Part shown: positions 62,481 to 64,000 of the stretch, piece by piece
Position numbering within the stretch: position 1 is the first letter of the stretch
Layout of the letters: the number at the start of each line of letters is the position of its first letter
Assembly (NCBI GenBank): GCA_010093815.1
Contig: ML996591.1
Source: Pseudovirgaria hyperparasitica
Taxonomy: Eukaryota
DNA: 64,000 bases
Direction: 5' to 3' (one strand)
The notes under the pieces: model-generated
Told to the model about the DNA's origin: nothing
Seen by the model: only the letters and a program-made list of their open reading frames with translations
Database searches by the model: none
Program-made: the position numbers and the translations under genes

Positions 62481-64000
62481 TCACCCCTTAAGGTCTGCAA
62501 GAGAATCCTTCAGCCGGTCCCAGCCATCTGTTCCTTCCCATGTATCCTTTCCTTTGCCCATGATACCCCTAATCGCACTCCGGGCCTTGAACTTCCAGTC
62601 TTTTGCGACGAGCTCTCCATCTCCAGCGCCCAGGCCTTCAGTTCGATCCATCTCACCCAGACTTTGATAGGCATCGACCAAATCGATCGTAGCATCTACG
62701 ACAGCATCCCATTGTTTCTCTTCGCTAAACTCCCAGCCAGGTTGACTGGTCACGCACCGCCATGCTTTTTCCTCTGCCTCGAGTGCTCGTGTCGGACGCT
62801 TGCGCCAGAGCGCCAGCTTGGAGACAATCTTCCAGAGATGTGCCGACGACGTGATCAACGGGATGACTTTCTCGTCCACGAGTCTGACTACCATCCTCGC
62901 GAGGCCCGGTTTGTTTGGGTCATAGCCCAGTCCTCCTTCCTCTTGATCTAGCGCAACGACGTGTCTGACGAGCATTTCAAGGATGGGCGCATCCACACAT
63001 TGCTCGCCAACTGACTTGCCGCGTATCTCGATGATTCGGCCCTGTGCTGTGACCATGTCGTTGTATGAGGGCGGGACAAGTGACGTAGCTACGATAAGCA
63101 CGTTCGCCCAGATCTTGTGGCTTTCGAACTTGAGGGTGGAGGCTCGTTTGAATGCTTTGAGTGCGTCACGGCGATGCTTCTGAGGATCGGACAATGCAGC
63201 TTGTGCAGAATGGTTGGCAGCATCTTCGCCTTCATCATCATCATCCAGTATAGTCGGAGGCATCCGCCTCTCGGTACCATCGGCAGTGACGTCGGGCTCG
63301 ACGTGGATCAAGGCAGCAGCAAGATTACTCCATGCCTCTGCGTCAGTGTCGTCGATTTGAACAGTACGAGAAAAGGCCTCTGCAGCTCTTACGTATTCCT
63401 GTAGTTCGAGAAGAGCGCACCCCATGGCAAACCAGGCGGACTGGTTGATCTGGTTAACCTTGAGCGACTGAGCATAGGCATGAGCAGCTTTTGTAAAGTC
63501 TCTGCCTGCGAAATAGTACTTTCCGAGCGAGCGCTGAGCACGAGCATAGCGGCTTCCAGAGACTTCCCAGGCTGTTTGGTACATGGCAGGGTCTTTGTCA
63601 ATGTCACCAATGATGCAATATAATCGTGGTGCATCAGAGGGTGGTGGAGATCTTGCCTTGCCTTCCCACTTCTCCGTATCTAGATCAGCACTCTCGTCGT
63701 CACCGCTAGTAGCATGGAAAAGCTGTCGTCGTACAACCATCTTAGCTTTGTCTTCGCGCTCTGTTGCGGCCCAGCATAAAGCTGCCTCGGCCCACATCTC
63801 GAGTCGCTCGTATATCTCGAGTGCAGACCTCAAGCCTCCCAGACTGACCCATCTTGAAGCAAGTTCTGCCTCCAGCTCCCATCTTGAGGGAGATGAGAGT
63901 TGGAAGACATACTTCAATCGCTCACTGACAGGAGCAGACTCGGACTCTTTAGCCCTCGGAAGAAAAGTCGAAGACGTGTTCTCTTTGACATCCGTGCTTT
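62481..64000 (-). CDS. EMW1: TPR protein Emw1/TTC27-like (5' partial)
   Basis: RWELEAELA...SALEIYERLEMW, RYARAQRSLG and TPR repeats (AWFAMGCA, EAWSNLAA). The frame runs off the window end. Confidence 0.88.
   Translation of the reverse strand, partial: STDVKENTSSTFLPRAKESESAPVSERLKYVFQLSSPSRWELEAELASRWVSLGGLRSALEIYERLEMWAEAALCWAATEREDKAKMVVRRQLFHATSGDDESADLDTEKWEGKARSPPPSDAPRLYCIIGDIDKDPAMYQTAWEVSGSRYARAQRSLGKYYFAGRDFTKAAHAYAQSLKVNQINQSAWFAMGCALLELQEYVRAAEAFSRTVQIDDTDAEAWSNLAAALIHVEPDVTADGTERRMPPTILDDDDEGEDAANHSAQAALSDPQKHRRDALKAFKRASTLKFESHKIWANVLIVATSLVPPSYNDMVTAQGRIIEIRGKSVGEQCVDAPILEMLVRHVVALDQEEGGLGYDPNKPGLARMVVRLVDEKVIPLITSSAHLWKIVSKLALWRKRPTRALEAEEKAWRCVTSQPGWEFSEEKQWDAVVDATIDLVDAYQSLGEMDRTEGLGAGDGELVAKDWKFKARSAIRGIMGKGKDTWEGTDGWDRLKDSLADLKG

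Noticed and set aside
1..64000. tRNA, 5S rRNA, TPP riboswitch, telomerase template, arginine attenuator uORF and TGA-CTA readthrough/PTS1 signals
   Set aside because: I looked for these by eye and did not find them. A covariance-model scan would be needed to exclude divergent copies.

Overview
A gene-dense region from a filamentous ascomycete (Pezizomycotina). The assignment rests on short GT-AG introns with CTRAC branch points, fungal eEF3 and a HET-domain gene. About 30 genes can be reconstructed by splicing the ORF fragments by hand. Housekeeping genes: GlnRS (5' partial), macrodomain protein, Spo71, Yvc1, eIF2-alpha, a mitochondrial carrier, calcipressin, Rpb3, Mge1, a RING-CH ligase, Pre8, eEF3, a TBC GAP, an Mms1/ThtA-like protein, a TatD/Scn1-like protein and Emw1 (5' partial). 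Accessory genes: O-methyltransferase, sulfotransferase-fold protein, HET protein, GH5, heme-thiolate peroxygenase, an unassigned GH-like protein, a C2H2 protein and several orphans. Other elements are a frameshifted histidine-phosphatase pseudogene and a degenerate ~243-bp Tc1/mariner-type MITE. No tRNA, rRNA or CRISPR array was recognised. I cannot show a new biological system. The best leads are: (i) a candidate structured or snoRNA-like non-coding locus at ~50.1-50.6 kb; (ii) a structured leader with several candidate introns upstream of the Mms1/ThtA-like gene; (iii) repeated sharp C-rich to G-rich strand-skew flips inside genes; (iv) a Thr-Pro-Tyr-Gly repeat tail on Rpb3; (v) a GlnRS/O-methyltransferase/sulfotransferase-like trio. 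All gene identities come from motif recognition, not database searches.
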